Shown: piece by piece, positions 50,693 to 62,029 of the stretch | Layout of the letters: every line of letters begins with the position of its first letter | Position numbering within the stretch: position 1 is the first letter of the stretch | Origin: a bacterium | GTDB taxonomy: Bacteria; SAR324; NAC60-12 | Length of the DNA stretch: 64,000 bases | Reading direction: 5' to 3' | Assembly: GCA_965205865.1 (NCBI GenBank) | Contig: CBDBHR010000029.1 | Coordinates: 480,001 to 544,000, forward strand | Position numbers and translations under genes: made by a program | Notes under the pieces: model-generated | The model's database searches: none | Told to the model about the DNA's origin: nothing | The model's input: only the letters and a program-made list of their open reading frames with translations

Positions 50693-52702
50693 CTAATAAC
50701 CCATTTTCTTCTTCAGATCCTGGTCAATCCAGAGGCGGGTAAAAATGGACAATATTTGACCGTTTCCCATCCAGCTTTCACCGTTAAAACCTATGATCCA
50801 CGGTTGGACCGCGGTATACTGTGGAGCGCCAGGAGTGTATATCGACCAGAACTTCTCAATCCCATACTGATTCAATTCCCGAACTAACCGGTACTGCTCC
50901 TCAAGAGTGGCAGCGGTTTCGGCGGCTTCAAACTTGGCTGTATAAAACGGGTCGTCGACATTGGAGCTGTTCCAATGTGCGCCTGGCGTATAACGTTTAG
51001 TGCCGGGCCCCAATGGATCCCCCCACCAGGCGCTTTCCGTATTCATCATTTCGAAATCCCTCGCCTTCCTTCTAGCGGACCAGTTAGCCGGCACTTCTTC
51101 TACACTAATCTCTACTTCAACGCCAATCTTACCCCAGTATGAAGCGACTAATTGCGCATAGTTCAAATCTGTCGCGAGGTGCATCAACTCGGTCTTGAAC
51201 CGAATGCCGTCCGCGCCGCGGAGATATCCGGCCTCATCAAGCAACGCTTCGGCCCCTTCCGGATCGTAGTTAAAGACCTTCTTGACATCTTCGGGCCAAT
51301 CTTCGAATTGGATGACCGCCTTTGAGGACCGGCTTAGCATCCCCTGAGGTATCGTATCGGCATAACCCTTATAGTAGGCACTGTTAATTTCTTCGATATT
51401 GATGGCCATTTGTATGGCCTTGCGCACTCTGATGTCGTCAAAGGGCTTTATCTGAACGTTCATGCCATAAGCATTATCATTCCGAAAAGCAAACGGCCAT
51501 ATCACGATATCGGGGTTGGTCCGCTGGAGGCTCTCTACCTGGTCGATAGTCTTCAGTTGAGATCCCCCGAGCGAACCGATGTAATCAACCTTACCCGTGC
51601 GCAGTGCCGCCAGTTGTGTTGCCACTTCGGGCATAGTCAGGGACCTTAGCTGGTCAATATAGGGTAAGCGATTCCCTGGGTATTTCTCGTCGTGGCCCCA
51701 GTAGTCAGGATTCTTGACCCAGGTGACAGAACTGTCCTTGGTCCAGTCCGTCAGCATCATGGGGCCGGTACCGACCAGGTTCCTCCAATCCGTAACGTCC
51801 CCGTGTTCCTTGATGACCTCGGGGGGGTATATCCGGGCAGCCCAGTCGTCGAGGATAGAAGCCAGCGCACTGAGCCTTGGCTCCTTCAGCTTAAAAACAA
51901 CTGTCGATTTGTCGGTGGCCGTGATCGATTCCAAGTCCCAACCTTTGAAGCTGGAAGCGTTAGGGCTTTTTTCGGCGAAACCGCTACCCATACCCAACAG
52001 ACGATGGAAGTTGTACTCGATATCCTTGGCCGTCAATGATCTGCCATTCATCGGGGTTTTCTTGTGCCAGTGAACGCCCTGACGGATATGGAAGGTATAG
52101 GTGAGGCCGTCCGGGGAAATATCCCAGCTTTCAGCCAGCGCCCCTGTCGTGTTGGCTGGAGGGAGGAGTTCATAGACGCCGAAGGAAAACTTGTCCCTGT
52201 GTATTGCCCAGTCCGCGATGCCCAGCTTCTCTACAACGACACCGGCGGTGTTATGCGCCCCTCCACCCTGGGCCACATGGTCAGGACCCGGCCACTCTCT
52301 TGATAGGGCGAAAGTTATTGTCCCGCCATACTCTGGTGCGGTCACCATTTTTCCGGTGCTTGGGTCCGTCACCATCTTTTTCTCAGTGGCCACGGCTGCA
52401 GGGCTGACCCAGAAGGCGGCCACCATCAGGGTGAAGGTGAGCAATAAGGATTGCGTTTTTGCGGCAGATAAGGCGCCTGCCGGGTTCTGCCCAACGATGG
52501 GGGCGAGAAGTTTCTTTAGAATACCCATAGTAACCTCTTTCAATTGAGGGTGAAGAGAACGATTCACTCGCCATTGAGTGAATTGGATCCCCGCTCCCCG
52601 CTTTCGCGGGGACAAGTTTGCGAGGACAAGCTTTTGTATAGCAGACACGACGTCTGCCACGTTTAGCCCCACGATTGGGGCCAGGAATTGTTTAATATCC
52701 AT
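50693..52702 (-). CDS. Family 5 ABC solute-binding protein; second in-frame start at 52528
   Basis: PEYGGTI, LAESWDISPDG, VGTGP, PFDDIRVRKAIQMAIN. Confidence 0.92.
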   Translation of the reverse strand: MDIKQFLAPIVGLNVADVVSAIQKLVLANLSPRKRGAGIQFTQWRVNRSLHPQLKEVTMGILKKLLAPIVGQNPAGALSAAKTQSLLLTFTLMVAAFWVSPAAVATEKKMVTDPSTGKMVTAPEYGGTITFALSREWPGPDHVAQGGGAHNTAGVVVEKLGIADWAIHRDKFSFGVYELLPPANTTGALAESWDISPDGLTYTFHIRQGVHWHKKTPMNGRSLTAKDIEYNFHRLLGMGSGFAEKSPNASSFKGWDLESITATDKSTVVFKLKEPRLSALASILDDWAARIYPPEVIKEHGDVTDWRNLVGTGPMMLTDWTKDSSVTWVKNPDYWGHDEKYPGNRLPYIDQLRSLTMPEVATQLAALRTGKVDYIGSLGGSQLKTIDQVESLQRTNPDIVIWPFAFRNDNAYGMNVQIKPFDDIRVRKAIQMAINIEEINSAYYKGYADTIPQGMLSRSSKAVIQFEDWPEDVKKVFNYDPEGAEALLDEAGYLRGADGIRFKTELMHLATDLNYAQLVASYWGKIGVEVEISVEEVPANWSARRKARDFEMMNTESAWWGDPLGPGTKRYTPGAHWNSSNVDDPFYTAKFEAAETAATLEEQYRLVRELNQYGIEKFWSIYTPGAPQYTAVQPWIIGFNGESWMGNGQILSIFTRLWIDQDLKKKMGY
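52585..52630. repeat. REP-like palindromic repeat inside the extended SBP reading frame
   Basis: GGATCCCCGCTCCCCGCTTTCGCGGGGACAAGTTT matches 63687-63721. Confidence 0.8.
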
Positions 52703-52727
52703 GATTACCTTTATAATGAAAGAGCAA

Positions 52728-53165
52728 TGTAACTATTCGGGTCTCTGAAAAACCCGTTTAGTTAAATATCGTTTAAAAAAGATTCCCGGGGAGGATCAAT
52801 CGTTTTCAAGTCCTCTCACGATATTGTTCAATCGATCGGGAACCCTCTCATTCACTAAAACAACTTAATAATGGCATGATCCTAGTACAACACGATGTAA
52901 TATCAACCCCCTAATGTAAAATAAATGCGGGATTCGCAAAAAAAAAAATCAATAAATCTGCTCAAATCCGGGGACAGTCAGAAGCCGTTCAGTTCAATAA
53001 CGTTGAAAAAAGATTCCCGGGAAGGATCCATCATTTTCACATCCTCCCAGGGTATTGTTCAATCGATCAAGCGGGAACCCTCCCACAGCTAATTTTGAAT
53101 CAAACGAGCGGAAATCCTCTCCTTCCCTTAAACAACAAGGCATGATTTTAGTACTACTACGCGGC
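52728..53165 (-). promoter_or_regulatory. Conserved SBP upstream element, present as a diverged tandem pair
   Basis: AAAAAAGATTCCCGGG..GGATC, TATTGTTCAATCGATC and GGCATGAT..TAGTAC each occur twice about 230-270 bp apart. Confidence 0.65.
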
Positions 53166-53547
53166 GCAAAGCCTATAGCAAATAAGGATGGGTGTGCTGT
53201 TTTGAGCAAACATCTCTGAAATATCCAACCCTGACCGCTTTTTCTGCTGACCAAGGGATATTATGGCACCTCGCTGGAGTTTGTTGAAAAAGTATTGGGA
53301 CTGAAACTCGACATCGCAAAAGGAATAAAGGGCAATTTGGTCCTCTTGAAAAAACGTTGGATTGTGGAGCGGACATTCGCATGGTTCGGGGGATTCAGAA
53401 GATTAGCCAAAGATTTTGAAATCCTCCCACAATATCATCTGATCGATGGTGTGGGAACCCTCACAAACACTGCTGAAAATATGATTCGTATTGCCATGAT
53501 CAGAGTTACCGTAGCCAAGTGTGTTTGTTAACCAAACGGCTTCTAAG
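53166..53547 (+). mobile_element. IS5-family transposase 3' remnant
   Basis: ADQGY, KRWIVERTFAWFGGFRRLAKDFE. Confidence 0.85.
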
Positions 53548-53637
53548 CGATCAGAGATAGCCGGAATTACTTTTCCCTTAAAATGGATTATATTGACATA
53601 CTTTGATGCGATCGAATCATTCCATCTCCCATGTTCC

Positions 53638-54114
53638 ATGCAAATGCGCCAGCTCTTGAATAGGAGGAAGAAGATAGCTATTTCCTGGTCGGCTTCCATC
53701 ACCTTGCCTCTTGATGAAAAAGAGCTGATGGAGTACCTGCAGAGTTTTTTAGAAACCCTTGGCCATGCGGAGCGTACGATTTCACTTTATTTCACGGATG
53801 ACCATGAAATCCGGGAATTGAACCGCCGCTACCGCGATCACGACAGAGCCACCGACGTGCTTTCCTGGTCTTACTGGGAAAGCGATCCTGAGAGTGAGAT
53901 GCTTGGAGAAATCGTGATTTCCATGGATCGTGTTAAAGAGCAGGCGCGGACTAATTGTTTGTCCGAAGATGCTGAATTGATCCGCTTGCTGGCTCATGGC
54001 TGTGCCCATTTGGTTGGTTATGACCATGAAGGTTCCCTCGAGGAGGAAAAAAGAATGCTGGCTGTGGAAGCAAAGATGTTGGGCAAAGTTGGTTTTGGAT
54101 ATATCTATTCTTGA
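53638..54114 (+). CDS. ybeY: rRNA maturation RNase YbeY (start uncertain)
   Basis: LNRRYR..D.ATDVLS, LGEIVIS, HGCAHLVGYDH. Confidence 0.92.
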   Translation: MQMRQLLNRRKKIAISWSASITLPLDEKELMEYLQSFLETLGHAERTISLYFTDDHEIRELNRRYRDHDRATDVLSWSYWESDPESEMLGEIVISMDRVKEQARTNCLSEDAELIRLLAHGCAHLVGYDHEGSLEEEKRMLAVEAKMLGKVGFGYIYS

Positions 54115-54237
54115 TTTGGCGCAAAGAACTTGTAAAATCAGGTGTCGTCGGCCAAGTTCTCTCACTCACGCCCCAGTGTATATAAATTATTGGTGAGTCC
54201 GTGGGCTCAATCGATTTTTCAGGAAAAAGGTTTTGTG

Positions 54238-54594
54238 ATGGCGCCATTGTTTGTTTTTTATGATGAAAGCTGTGGATTCTGTTGCGGAGTCGCGTCCGTG
54301 CTTTCCAAATTGTCACCATCTGCGGTCGTATACCAAAAAGCAGCCGATATGGAGCAATTCAGCCAGCACGCCAAAGCCTTGCAGAATCGATACCGCGATC
54401 TCCATGCCGTGATGGGTGACAAGGTGTTCCGGGGCTACGACTGCTACCTGCAAATCGCGGAAAAAACTACCCTGCTGAAACCCCTGTCTTTTATGATGAG
54501 GTTGCCCCCGGTTCGCTTCATTGGAGAAAGAGTCTATCGTCACATTGCTGACCACCGTAAGTGTGATACCAACCCCCTGACGCGTTCCGGATGA
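54238..54594 (+). CDS. DUF393/DCC1-like thiol-disulfide oxidoreductase
   Basis: [17 protein letters not shown]. Confidence 0.85.
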   Translation: MAPLFVFYDESCGFCCGVASVLSKLSPSAVVYQKAADMEQFSQHAKALQNRYRDLHAVMGDKVFRGYDCYLQIAEKTTLLKPLSFMMRLPPVRFIGERVYRHIADHRKCDTNPLTRSG

Positions 54595-54601
54595 AGGAAT
54601 C

Positions 54602-56425
54602 ATGACCAACCCCCGGCAACTACTCCATACGGTTTTCGGCTATGAAACATTCCGCAACAAGCAGGAATCTGTCGTCCGGCACCTGGTCGATGGCAGAGAT
54701 GCTCTGGTGCTCATGCCGACGGGAGGAGGAAAATCCTTATGTTATCAAATTCCCGGAATCCTCCGTGCCGGCGTGGCGATTGTGGTCTCCCCCCTGATCT
54801 CCCTGATGCAGGACCAGGTGGAGGCGCTTTTACAACTGGGAGTGAAAGCCGCCTATCTCAACTCCTCGCTTTCCCGGCAGGAAGCCCTCTACGTGGAGCA
54901 TCAATTGCAACATGAGGAAATCGATTTACTCTACGTCGCCCCCGAACGTCTGCTGAGCGAGCATTTCCTGGAATTGTTGAACCGAACTCCGCTTGCTTTG
55001 TTTGCCATCGATGAGGCCCATTGCGTTTCCCAATGGGGACATGACTTTCGTCCCGAATACATCCAATTGAACATTCTTCATGAACGCTATCCCCAAGTCC
55101 CTCGCATTGCATTGACGGCAACTGCGGACCATCCGACGCGACATGAAATCATTGAAAAGCTGGGACTGGAAGGCGCCCGGATCTTTTCCACCGGATTTGA
55201 CCGTCCAAATATTTATTATCGCATCACCCTGCGAGAAAATATCAGAAAGCAACTGCTCGAATTTTTGGAAAACGAACATGCGGAAGATGCAGGAATCGTT
55301 TATTGCATGACACGCAAAAAAGTGGACGAGATCGCCCGGTGGCTCGTCGATCGAGGGTGGGATGCCCTGCCCTATCATGCCGGGCTGGAAACAGGGATTC
55401 GACAACAAAATCAAAAACGATTCCTGCAGGATGAAGGAGTGATCATGGTCGCCACCATCGCCTTTGGCATGGGAATCGATAAATCGAATGTACGTTTCGT
55501 TGCGCATCTGGGGCTTCCAAAAAGCCTGGAAGCCTATTACCAGGAAACAGGTCGGGCGGGACGAGATGGCTTGCCGGCCGATGCATGGATGCTATATGGC
55601 TATCAAGACCTGGTGATTTTGCGCCAGATGATTGCCGACTCCGAGGCGGGAGAACGGCGCAAAATGATCGAGCAACGGAAACTCAACGCTATTCTGGGTT
55701 TTTGCGAAACCACCGTCTGCCGGCGTCAGGTGTTGCTCAATTATTTTGGAGAAAATCTGGAATATCCCTGTGGCAATTGTGATACCTGCACGACTCCCGT
55801 GGAAAGCTGGGACGGCACCGTAGCGGCTCAAATGGCCCTTTCCTGTGTTTATCGCACCGGAATGCGCTTTGGAGTTCATTACCTCATCGACGTATTGCTG
55901 GGACACCGGACGGAGCGAATCCATCGCTTTCAACATGACCATATCAGCACCTTCGGCATTGGCGGGGAATTGTCCAGGCAACAATGGTTTTCCGTTTTCA
56001 GGCAACTGGTCGCCATGGGTTTGCTCATGGTCGACGTGGAAGGATACGGCACGTTGCAGCTGACAGGAAATGCTCGTTCAGTGCTCCGTGGTGAGCAATC
56101 GCTGCGTTTTCGCAAAGATCCGGCTCCTGCTGAAAAAGCTCCAAAACATGCCAGCAAAAAAGTATCGGTTTGGGACGATGCGAACGATCAGGCATTGTGG
56201 GCGGATCTGCGTCAATGCCGGCTGGATCTCGCACATGAACAGGGAGTGCCGCCTTATGTTATTTTTCACGACAGTACGCTTGAAGAGATGGTATGTCGCA
56301 AACCCGGAACCTTGCAGGAAATGGGACAACTATCCGGTATGGGTGAGCAGAAGCTGAAGCGATACGGCACCGCCTTTCTGGAGGTTTTGGAAGAGCATAT
56401 TGCTTATCAATGGGAGGAAAGATAG
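54602..56425 (+). CDS. recQ: DNA helicase RecQ
   Basis: [42 protein letters not shown] Cys cluster, HRDC. Confidence 0.97.
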   Translation: MTNPRQLLHTVFGYETFRNKQESVVRHLVDGRDALVLMPTGGGKSLCYQIPGILRAGVAIVVSPLISLMQDQVEALLQLGVKAAYLNSSLSRQEALYVEHQLQHEEIDLLYVAPERLLSEHFLELLNRTPLALFAIDEAHCVSQWGHDFRPEYIQLNILHERYPQVPRIALTATADHPTRHEIIEKLGLEGARIFSTGFDRPNIYYRITLRENIRKQLLEFLENEHAEDAGIVYCMTRKKVDEIARWLVDRGWDALPYHAGLETGIRQQNQKRFLQDEGVIMVATIAFGMGIDKSNVRFVAHLGLPKSLEAYYQETGRAGRDGLPADAWMLYGYQDLVILRQMIADSEAGERRKMIEQRKLNAILGFCETTVCRRQVLLNYFGENLEYPCGNCDTCTTPVESWDGTVAAQMALSCVYRTGMRFGVHYLIDVLLGHRTERIHRFQHDHISTFGIGGELSRQQWFSVFRQLVAMGLLMVDVEGYGTLQLTGNARSVLRGEQSLRFRKDPAPAEKAPKHASKKVSVWDDANDQALWADLRQCRLDLAHEQGVPPYVIFHDSTLEEMVCRKPGTLQEMGQLSGMGEQKLKRYGTAFLEVLEEHIAYQWEER

Positions 56426-56449
56426 TTCCCTGAAGAGGAGGAGTGCTCA

Positions 56450-57850
56450 CTATAGATGAATCGGACGATTGTCGGTTGCAGCCAGACAGGCTTCTTTGAA
56501 AGCTTCGGTGAAGGTCGGATGCGCATGCGAAATCCGCGAAATGTCCTCGGCGCTGGCCCGGTATTCCAGAGCAACGACTGCTTCGGCAATCAAATCGGCA
56601 ATCCGCGCGCCAATCATATGCACCCCCAGAATCTCGTCTGTTTCCCGGTCGGCGAGAACTTTGATGAAACCGTCCGTATCATGTGCTGCTCTTGCCCGTC
56701 CGAGCGCCTTGAAGGGAAAGGTACCCGACTTGAGGGAACGCCCCGCTTTCCTGAGTTCTTCTTCAGTGTGCCCCACACCGGCAACTTCAGGCCAGGTGTA
56801 AACCACTGATGGAATTGCCCGGTAGTTGATGTGGGGTTTTTGACCGGCCATGATTTCTGCAACATAGATTCCTTCTTCTTCGGCCTTGTGCGCCAACATT
56901 GCTCCACGGATCACATCTCCGATCGCATAGACGCCCGGAACAGAGGTTTCCAGATGGTCGTTGACCGGGATCGATCCCTTTTCGGTTCGGATGCCAATGT
57001 TTTCCAATCCCAGCTTGTCGGTATATGGACGTCTTCCTACGGCCACCAGGCAATAATCCCCGTTGAAAGAGACCTCCTCTCCTTTCTTATTGTCGGCTTG
57101 GAGCAGCACTTTTTTGCTTTGCGCTTCCACCCTCTTGACCGTGTGGTCGAGGTGAAATACGATGCCCATTTTTTTGAGGATTCGTTGCAGTTCTTTTCCC
57201 AAAGCACGATCCATTGTTGGCAGGATGCCGTTCAAATACTCGATGACTTGGACTTTAGTACCGAGGCGCGCATATACTTGTCCCAATTCCAAACCAATTG
57301 CGCCTGCCCCGATGACCAGGATTTCTCCAGGGACGTCTTGCAGGGTCAGGGCTTCCGTGGAAGTGATGATGCGTTTTTTATCAATTTCCACTCCCGGCGT
57401 GGTCGAGGGCTTCGATCCGCTGGCAATGATGGTTTTACGGGTTTCAATAGTTTCTTTGGATCCGTCCGCATTGGCAATTTCGATCGTGTTGGCATCGACG
57501 AACGAGCCATGTCCCTGATGAACAACGATTTTATTCTTCCGCATCAGGTACCCGACTCCTTCACACGTTTGACGGACCACATCATCTTTACGCTTCATCA
57601 TTTGCGAGAAATCGGCTTTCAGACCTGAGAATTCGATGCCATGGATGGCAAAGGAATTCCGGGCCTGGTGGTAGTGTTCCGAAGAATCCAGCAAGGCTTT
57701 GGATGGGATACATCCCACATTCAGGCAGCTCCCCCCCAAGGTTGAATAGCGTTCGATGATTGCGGTTTTCATTCCCAACTGCGCGCATCGGATGGCTGCC
57801 ACATATCCTCCGGGGCCCGAACCGATGACGGTGACATCATAATTCATCAT
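56450..57850 (-). CDS. lpdA: Dihydrolipoyl dehydrogenase
   Basis: GSGPGGY, GGSCLNVGCIPSK, HAHPTFTE. Confidence 0.97.
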   Translation of the reverse strand: MMNYDVTVIGSGPGGYVAAIRCAQLGMKTAIIERYSTLGGSCLNVGCIPSKALLDSSEHYHQARNSFAIHGIEFSGLKADFSQMMKRKDDVVRQTCEGVGYLMRKNKIVVHQGHGSFVDANTIEIANADGSKETIETRKTIIASGSKPSTTPGVEIDKKRIITSTEALTLQDVPGEILVIGAGAIGLELGQVYARLGTKVQVIEYLNGILPTMDRALGKELQRILKKMGIVFHLDHTVKRVEAQSKKVLLQADNKKGEEVSFNGDYCLVAVGRRPYTDKLGLENIGIRTEKGSIPVNDHLETSVPGVYAIGDVIRGAMLAHKAEEEGIYVAEIMAGQKPHINYRAIPSVVYTWPEVAGVGHTEEELRKAGRSLKSGTFPFKALGRARAAHDTDGFIKVLADRETDEILGVHMIGARIADLIAEAVVALEYRASAEDISRISHAHPTFTEAFKEACLAATDNRPIHL

Positions 57851-57876
57851 TGTTTTTCCATTGTTACGCGTTCCTG

Positions 57877-59103
57877 CTAAACCCCCAAAAGCAAACGTGC
57901 AGGATCTTCCAGGAATTCCTTGACCTTAAAAAGAAAGCTGACGGATTCTCGTCCATCAATGATACGGTGGTCATAGGAAAGCGCCACGTACATGACGGGG
58001 CGAATTTCCACTTGTCCATTGATCGCAAGGGGGCGCTGCGTAATATTATGTATTCCCAAAATAGCGCTTTGCGGTGGATTGATGATCGGAGTGGAAAGCA
58101 TGGAGCCGAAAATTCCCCCGTTGGTGATGGTGAAGGTTCCCCCCGTCATTTCGTCAATCGATAATTTGTTATCGCGCGCTTTAGCGGCAAGCCTTAAAAT
58201 TTCAGCTTCGATTTCAGCCATAACGAGCAATTCGGCGTTGCGGATGACAGGCACCACCAATCCTCTGGGCGCGCTGACCGCAATTCCCATGTCGACATAG
58301 TCATGAAAAATGATCTCATCCGCTTCAATGGCGCCATTGACCGCAGGAAATTCCTTGAGTGCTTCCGTGCAGGCTTTTGTAAAGAAGGACATGAAACCCA
58401 GTTTGACCTCGTGTTTCCTGGCGAACTTCTCTTTGTACCTGCTACGGAGTTCCATCACCCGGGACATGTCGATTTCATTGAAAGTCGTGAGCATTGCGGT
58501 TTCGTTTTTAACTGCAACCAGCCGTTCCGCAATTTTTTTGCGAAGCCTCGACATTTTTTCACGGCGTATGTTTCTTGTTCCGGTTGCCGGAGGTCTCGCC
58601 GGCGCTTGGGTTTCCTCCACTGGTGACTGATGTGCCGCTTTGGAGGATGTTTGCCCGGAAATCCGCGCCACCACATCCGCTTTGGTGACACGCCCTCCTT
58701 TGCCGGTTCCCGGGATTTTTCCCGCATCCAACCCTTTTTCGGTGATGATTTTTGCTGCTGCAACCGAGGGCGCCCCGGCTGCGGGAGAGGAGACGGGTGG
58801 TGATTCAACAACCGACGAAGAAGGAGCAACGGGTTGCAGTTCGGCAGCAGACGCCTCGAGGGGCGCATTACCAGGCGTGATAGTACAAAGCGCATCACCG
58901 ACTTTGGCCTCTTGCCCCTCCGAGATGAGGATTTTCAATATTCCGGAGACCTCTGCAGGGAATGGCAAAGTGGCCTTGTCGGTTTCGATCTCGCATATAA
59001 TCTCGTCAACCTCTACGTAGTCACCATCCGCTTTCAGCCACGATTCAATCACCACTTCGCTGATCGATTCGCCGGGACTGGGAATTTTAATTTCAATACT
59101 CAT
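57877..59103 (-). CDS. sucB: 2-oxoglutarate dehydrogenase E2
   Basis: Lipoyl [22 protein letters not shown]. Confidence 0.97.
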   Translation of the reverse strand: MSIEIKIPSPGESISEVVIESWLKADGDYVEVDEIICEIETDKATLPFPAEVSGILKILISEGQEAKVGDALCTITPGNAPLEASAAELQPVAPSSSVVESPPVSSPAAGAPSVAAAKIITEKGLDAGKIPGTGKGGRVTKADVVARISGQTSSKAAHQSPVEETQAPARPPATGTRNIRREKMSRLRKKIAERLVAVKNETAMLTTFNEIDMSRVMELRSRYKEKFARKHEVKLGFMSFFTKACTEALKEFPAVNGAIEADEIIFHDYVDMGIAVSAPRGLVVPVIRNAELLVMAEIEAEILRLAAKARDNKLSIDEMTGGTFTITNGGIFGSMLSTPIINPPQSAILGIHNITQRPLAINGQVEIRPVMYVALSYDHRIIDGRESVSFLFKVKEFLEDPARLLLGV

Positions 59104-59201
59104 GATCAGTAGTTATCAATAAGGGGATTTCGATGCAACAGAAATCATATCATACCCCTTTCTCTTAATTCAATCAATTCTGTTGCCTGATTTTTTTAAT
59201 A

Positions 59202-59295
59202 TAACCTGAGCTCGAGATAAGAATTTAATAAATTCAATATGTTATAGAATCTTCATATCTTAGAGAAACCTTGTCATTCCAGCGAAAGCAAATCT
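59202..59295. mobile_element. Truncated left part of the 220-bp MITE, between sucA and sucB
   Basis: Near-identical to 63565-63655. Confidence 0.85.
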
Positions 59296-59311
59296 GCAGG
59301 CTCGTAAAAAT

Positions 59312-62029
59312 TTATTGCTTCCCGAAAGCCATATCCAGAATCTCCTGCTGTTCGCGCTTGTGCAATTTCATGAATCCAGTAGCCGGTGAAGCGCTTTCTT
59401 TCCGCGAAACCCGAGTGAGAGGAATCATTGTGAATTTACGCAAAATAAAAGGCCAGGGGCCCATATTTTCCGGTTCTTCCTGAACCCAGTAATATTGTCT
59501 GGCATTTTCATACCGCACCAGGATTTCTTCCAGGTGCCATTCCGGAAATGGATAAAGTTGTTCTACTCGAATGATGGCAACATCCCTGCGTTTCTCTTTT
59601 TGCTGTCGCTCCAGCAAATCATAGAAGATTTTTCCATGGCAAAATAGAAGACGTTCGGCAAACTGCGCAGTTGCATAGGGATCGACGATTACTTCGAGGA
59701 ATCGTTTCCCCGTGAAAAAATCTTCGGGTACGCTGGCGCATGATGAATGGCGGAGCAGACTTTTGGGACTCATCAATACAAGAGGCTTGCGAAAAGTGCG
59801 AGCGAGTTGTCGTCTCAAGACGTGGAACAGGTTGGCAGGCGTAGTACAATTGACGACCTGCAGGTTGTTTTCTGCGCACAATTCCAGATAACGCTCCAGG
59901 CGTGCTGAAGAGTGTTCAGGACCTTGTCCTTCAAATCCATGAGGCAGGAAAAGTACCAATCCGGACATGCGCTGCCATTTTGTTTCTGCCGCTGCCAGAA
60001 ATTGATCGATGATGACCTGTGCGCCATTGGCAAAATCTCCAAATTGCGCTTCCCAGATCGTCAACCCCTGTGGAACCGCAAGGGAATATCCGAATTCAAA
60101 ACCCAGAACCGCATATTCCGAAAGCAGGGAATTGTATATACTAAAAGGAGCTTGATTTTTACTGATATGCCTCAGGGGAACATATTCCTCTTCTGAGTCA
60201 GGCAGTTTGACCAGAGCATGACGCTGGGAAAAGGTTCCCCGTTCCACATCCTGTCCACTGACACGCACGGGAACCTGTTCGACCAGCAAAGATCCATAAG
60301 CCAACAGTTCCGCCATGGCCCAGTCAATTTTTCCATTGTCGCCAAGCATCTCGCGCCGGCCATTGAACAATCTTCTCAGTTTGGTAAAAAACTGTTTCTC
60401 TTCAGGAACCTGCGTGATTTTATCGGCAATCATTCGTAAAGTTGTTTCATCGATTCCAGTTTCGGGCGAGCGGTTAAAATCTTCTGCAACTGCCACGCGA
60501 AGGCCCTGCCAGTCTCCTTCCAGAAAAGAGGTGACCTGAGCAGTTTCCTTTTGCTTGGCTTCGATCAGTCGTTGTTGCAATTCTTCTCTGAATTCCAGTT
60601 CCATTTCATTCGCAACATGGGCGCCAATACTTCCCTGTTCGATGAGTTGGTTTCTATAGATTTCCCGGGGGTTGGGATGTTTAGCAATGATGTCATACAA
60701 GATAGGCTGAGTGAAACGGGGTTCATCGGATTCGTTGTGTCCATGTTTACGGTAAGAGACAATATCGACGAAAACATCCTGGTGGAATTGCTGTCGATAT
60801 TCCAGGGCCAAGCGGATCACATAAGAGACGGCTTCAATATCGTCTCCATTGATATGAAAAATGGGAGAAAGGGTGGTTTTGGCCAAATCGGTACAGTATG
60901 TGCTGGAACGGGCATCGAGATAATTGGTCGTAAACCCGATTTGATTGTTCAGTACGACATGAACGGTCCCTCCTGTCCCGTAGCCTCGGAGAGTGGACAT
61001 TTGAATCACCTCATAGTTGATTCCCTGACCAGCAATAGCGGCGTCTCCATGGATTAAAACGGGCGTGATTTTATTAAAGTCTCCCCCATATCGAAAATCG
61101 GCTTTTGCCCTTACAATGCCTTCTACGACAGGATTGACCGCTTCTAAATGAGAAGGATTGGGGGTGAGGCTCAAATGCACTTTTTTGCCATGCTCGGTGA
61201 ATTTATCACTGGAAAATCCCATGTGATATTTCACGTCTCCCGAAAAAAGAGCATCTTCCAGAGACTTTCCTTCAAATTCCGTAAAAATGGAATCGTAGGT
61301 TTTTTCCAGAATATTGGCCAATACATTCAAGCGTCCCCGATGTGCCATGCCGATGACGAATTCTTCGATTCCCAAATCGGCCCCTTTTTCCACAATTGCA
61401 TCCAGCGCCGGAATAACGCTTTCTGATCCTTCCAGGGAAAAGCGCTTTTGACCTGCAAATTTGGTATGGAGGAAATTTTCAAAAATGACTGCCTGATTCA
61501 ATTTATGCAAGAGACGTCTTTTCTCACCAGTGGAGAAATGGGGCTTGTTGCGGCAACTTTCCATTTTTTTTTGGAGCCAGGCGACCGCTTCCGGTGGACG
61601 CATGAATACATACTCCACACCGATAGCGCCGCAATAGGTTTCCTCCAGATGGTCGATGATTTCCGCCAGAGTGGCATTTTCCAGCCCGATGCGCATGCCT
61701 GCCTGAAAAACAGTGGGCAAGTCCGATGTGGTCAGTCCAAATTCCTTCACGTCGATGGGCGCGCCGTGCTGACGACGTGGACGCACCGGGTTCGTATTGG
61801 AATAAAGATGACCCCGCTGCCGATAAGCCCCGATTAAATTGATCACGGCCACCTCTTTCCGGAATCCGGCGAAACGTTCTTCTTCTCCGAATCCGTGTCG
61901 GGAAAAATCAAATCCCTCGAAAAATCGCTGCCATTCTTCATCTAAGGAAAGGCGGTCCGCTCGAAATTGATTATACATATCCTCGATCACCGATAAATCC
62001 GCATTGCTCAAGAAAGAATAGGTATCCAT
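59312..62029 (-). CDS. sucA: 2-oxoglutarate dehydrogenase E1
   Basis: GMAHRGRLN, GDVKYH, HGDAA, GQGPEHSSAR. Confidence 0.97.
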   Translation of the reverse strand: MDTYSFLSNADLSVIEDMYNQFRADRLSLDEEWQRFFEGFDFSRHGFGEEERFAGFRKEVAVINLIGAYRQRGHLYSNTNPVRPRRQHGAPIDVKEFGLTTSDLPTVFQAGMRIGLENATLAEIIDHLEETYCGAIGVEYVFMRPPEAVAWLQKKMESCRNKPHFSTGEKRRLLHKLNQAVIFENFLHTKFAGQKRFSLEGSESVIPALDAIVEKGADLGIEEFVIGMAHRGRLNVLANILEKTYDSIFTEFEGKSLEDALFSGDVKYHMGFSSDKFTEHGKKVHLSLTPNPSHLEAVNPVVEGIVRAKADFRYGGDFNKITPVLIHGDAAIAGQGINYEVIQMSTLRGYGTGGTVHVVLNNQIGFTTNYLDARSSTYCTDLAKTTLSPIFHINGDDIEAVSYVIRLALEYRQQFHQDVFVDIVSYRKHGHNESDEPRFTQPILYDIIAKHPNPREIYRNQLIEQGSIGAHVANEMELEFREELQQRLIEAKQKETAQVTSFLEGDWQGLRVAVAEDFNRSPETGIDETTLRMIADKITQVPEEKQFFTKLRRLFNGRREMLGDNGKIDWAMAELLAYGSLLVEQVPVRVSGQDVERGTFSQRHALVKLPDSEEEYVPLRHISKNQAPFSIYNSLLSEYAVLGFEFGYSLAVPQGLTIWEAQFGDFANGAQVIIDQFLAAAETKWQRMSGLVLFLPHGFEGQGPEHSSARLERYLELCAENNLQVVNCTTPANLFHVLRRQLARTFRKPLVLMSPKSLLRHSSCASVPEDFFTGKRFLEVIVDPYATAQFAERLLFCHGKIFYDLLERQQKEKRRDVAIIRVEQLYPFPEWHLEEILVRYENARQYYWVQEEPENMGPWPFILRKFTMIPLTRVSRKESASPATGFMKLHKREQQEILDMAFGKQ

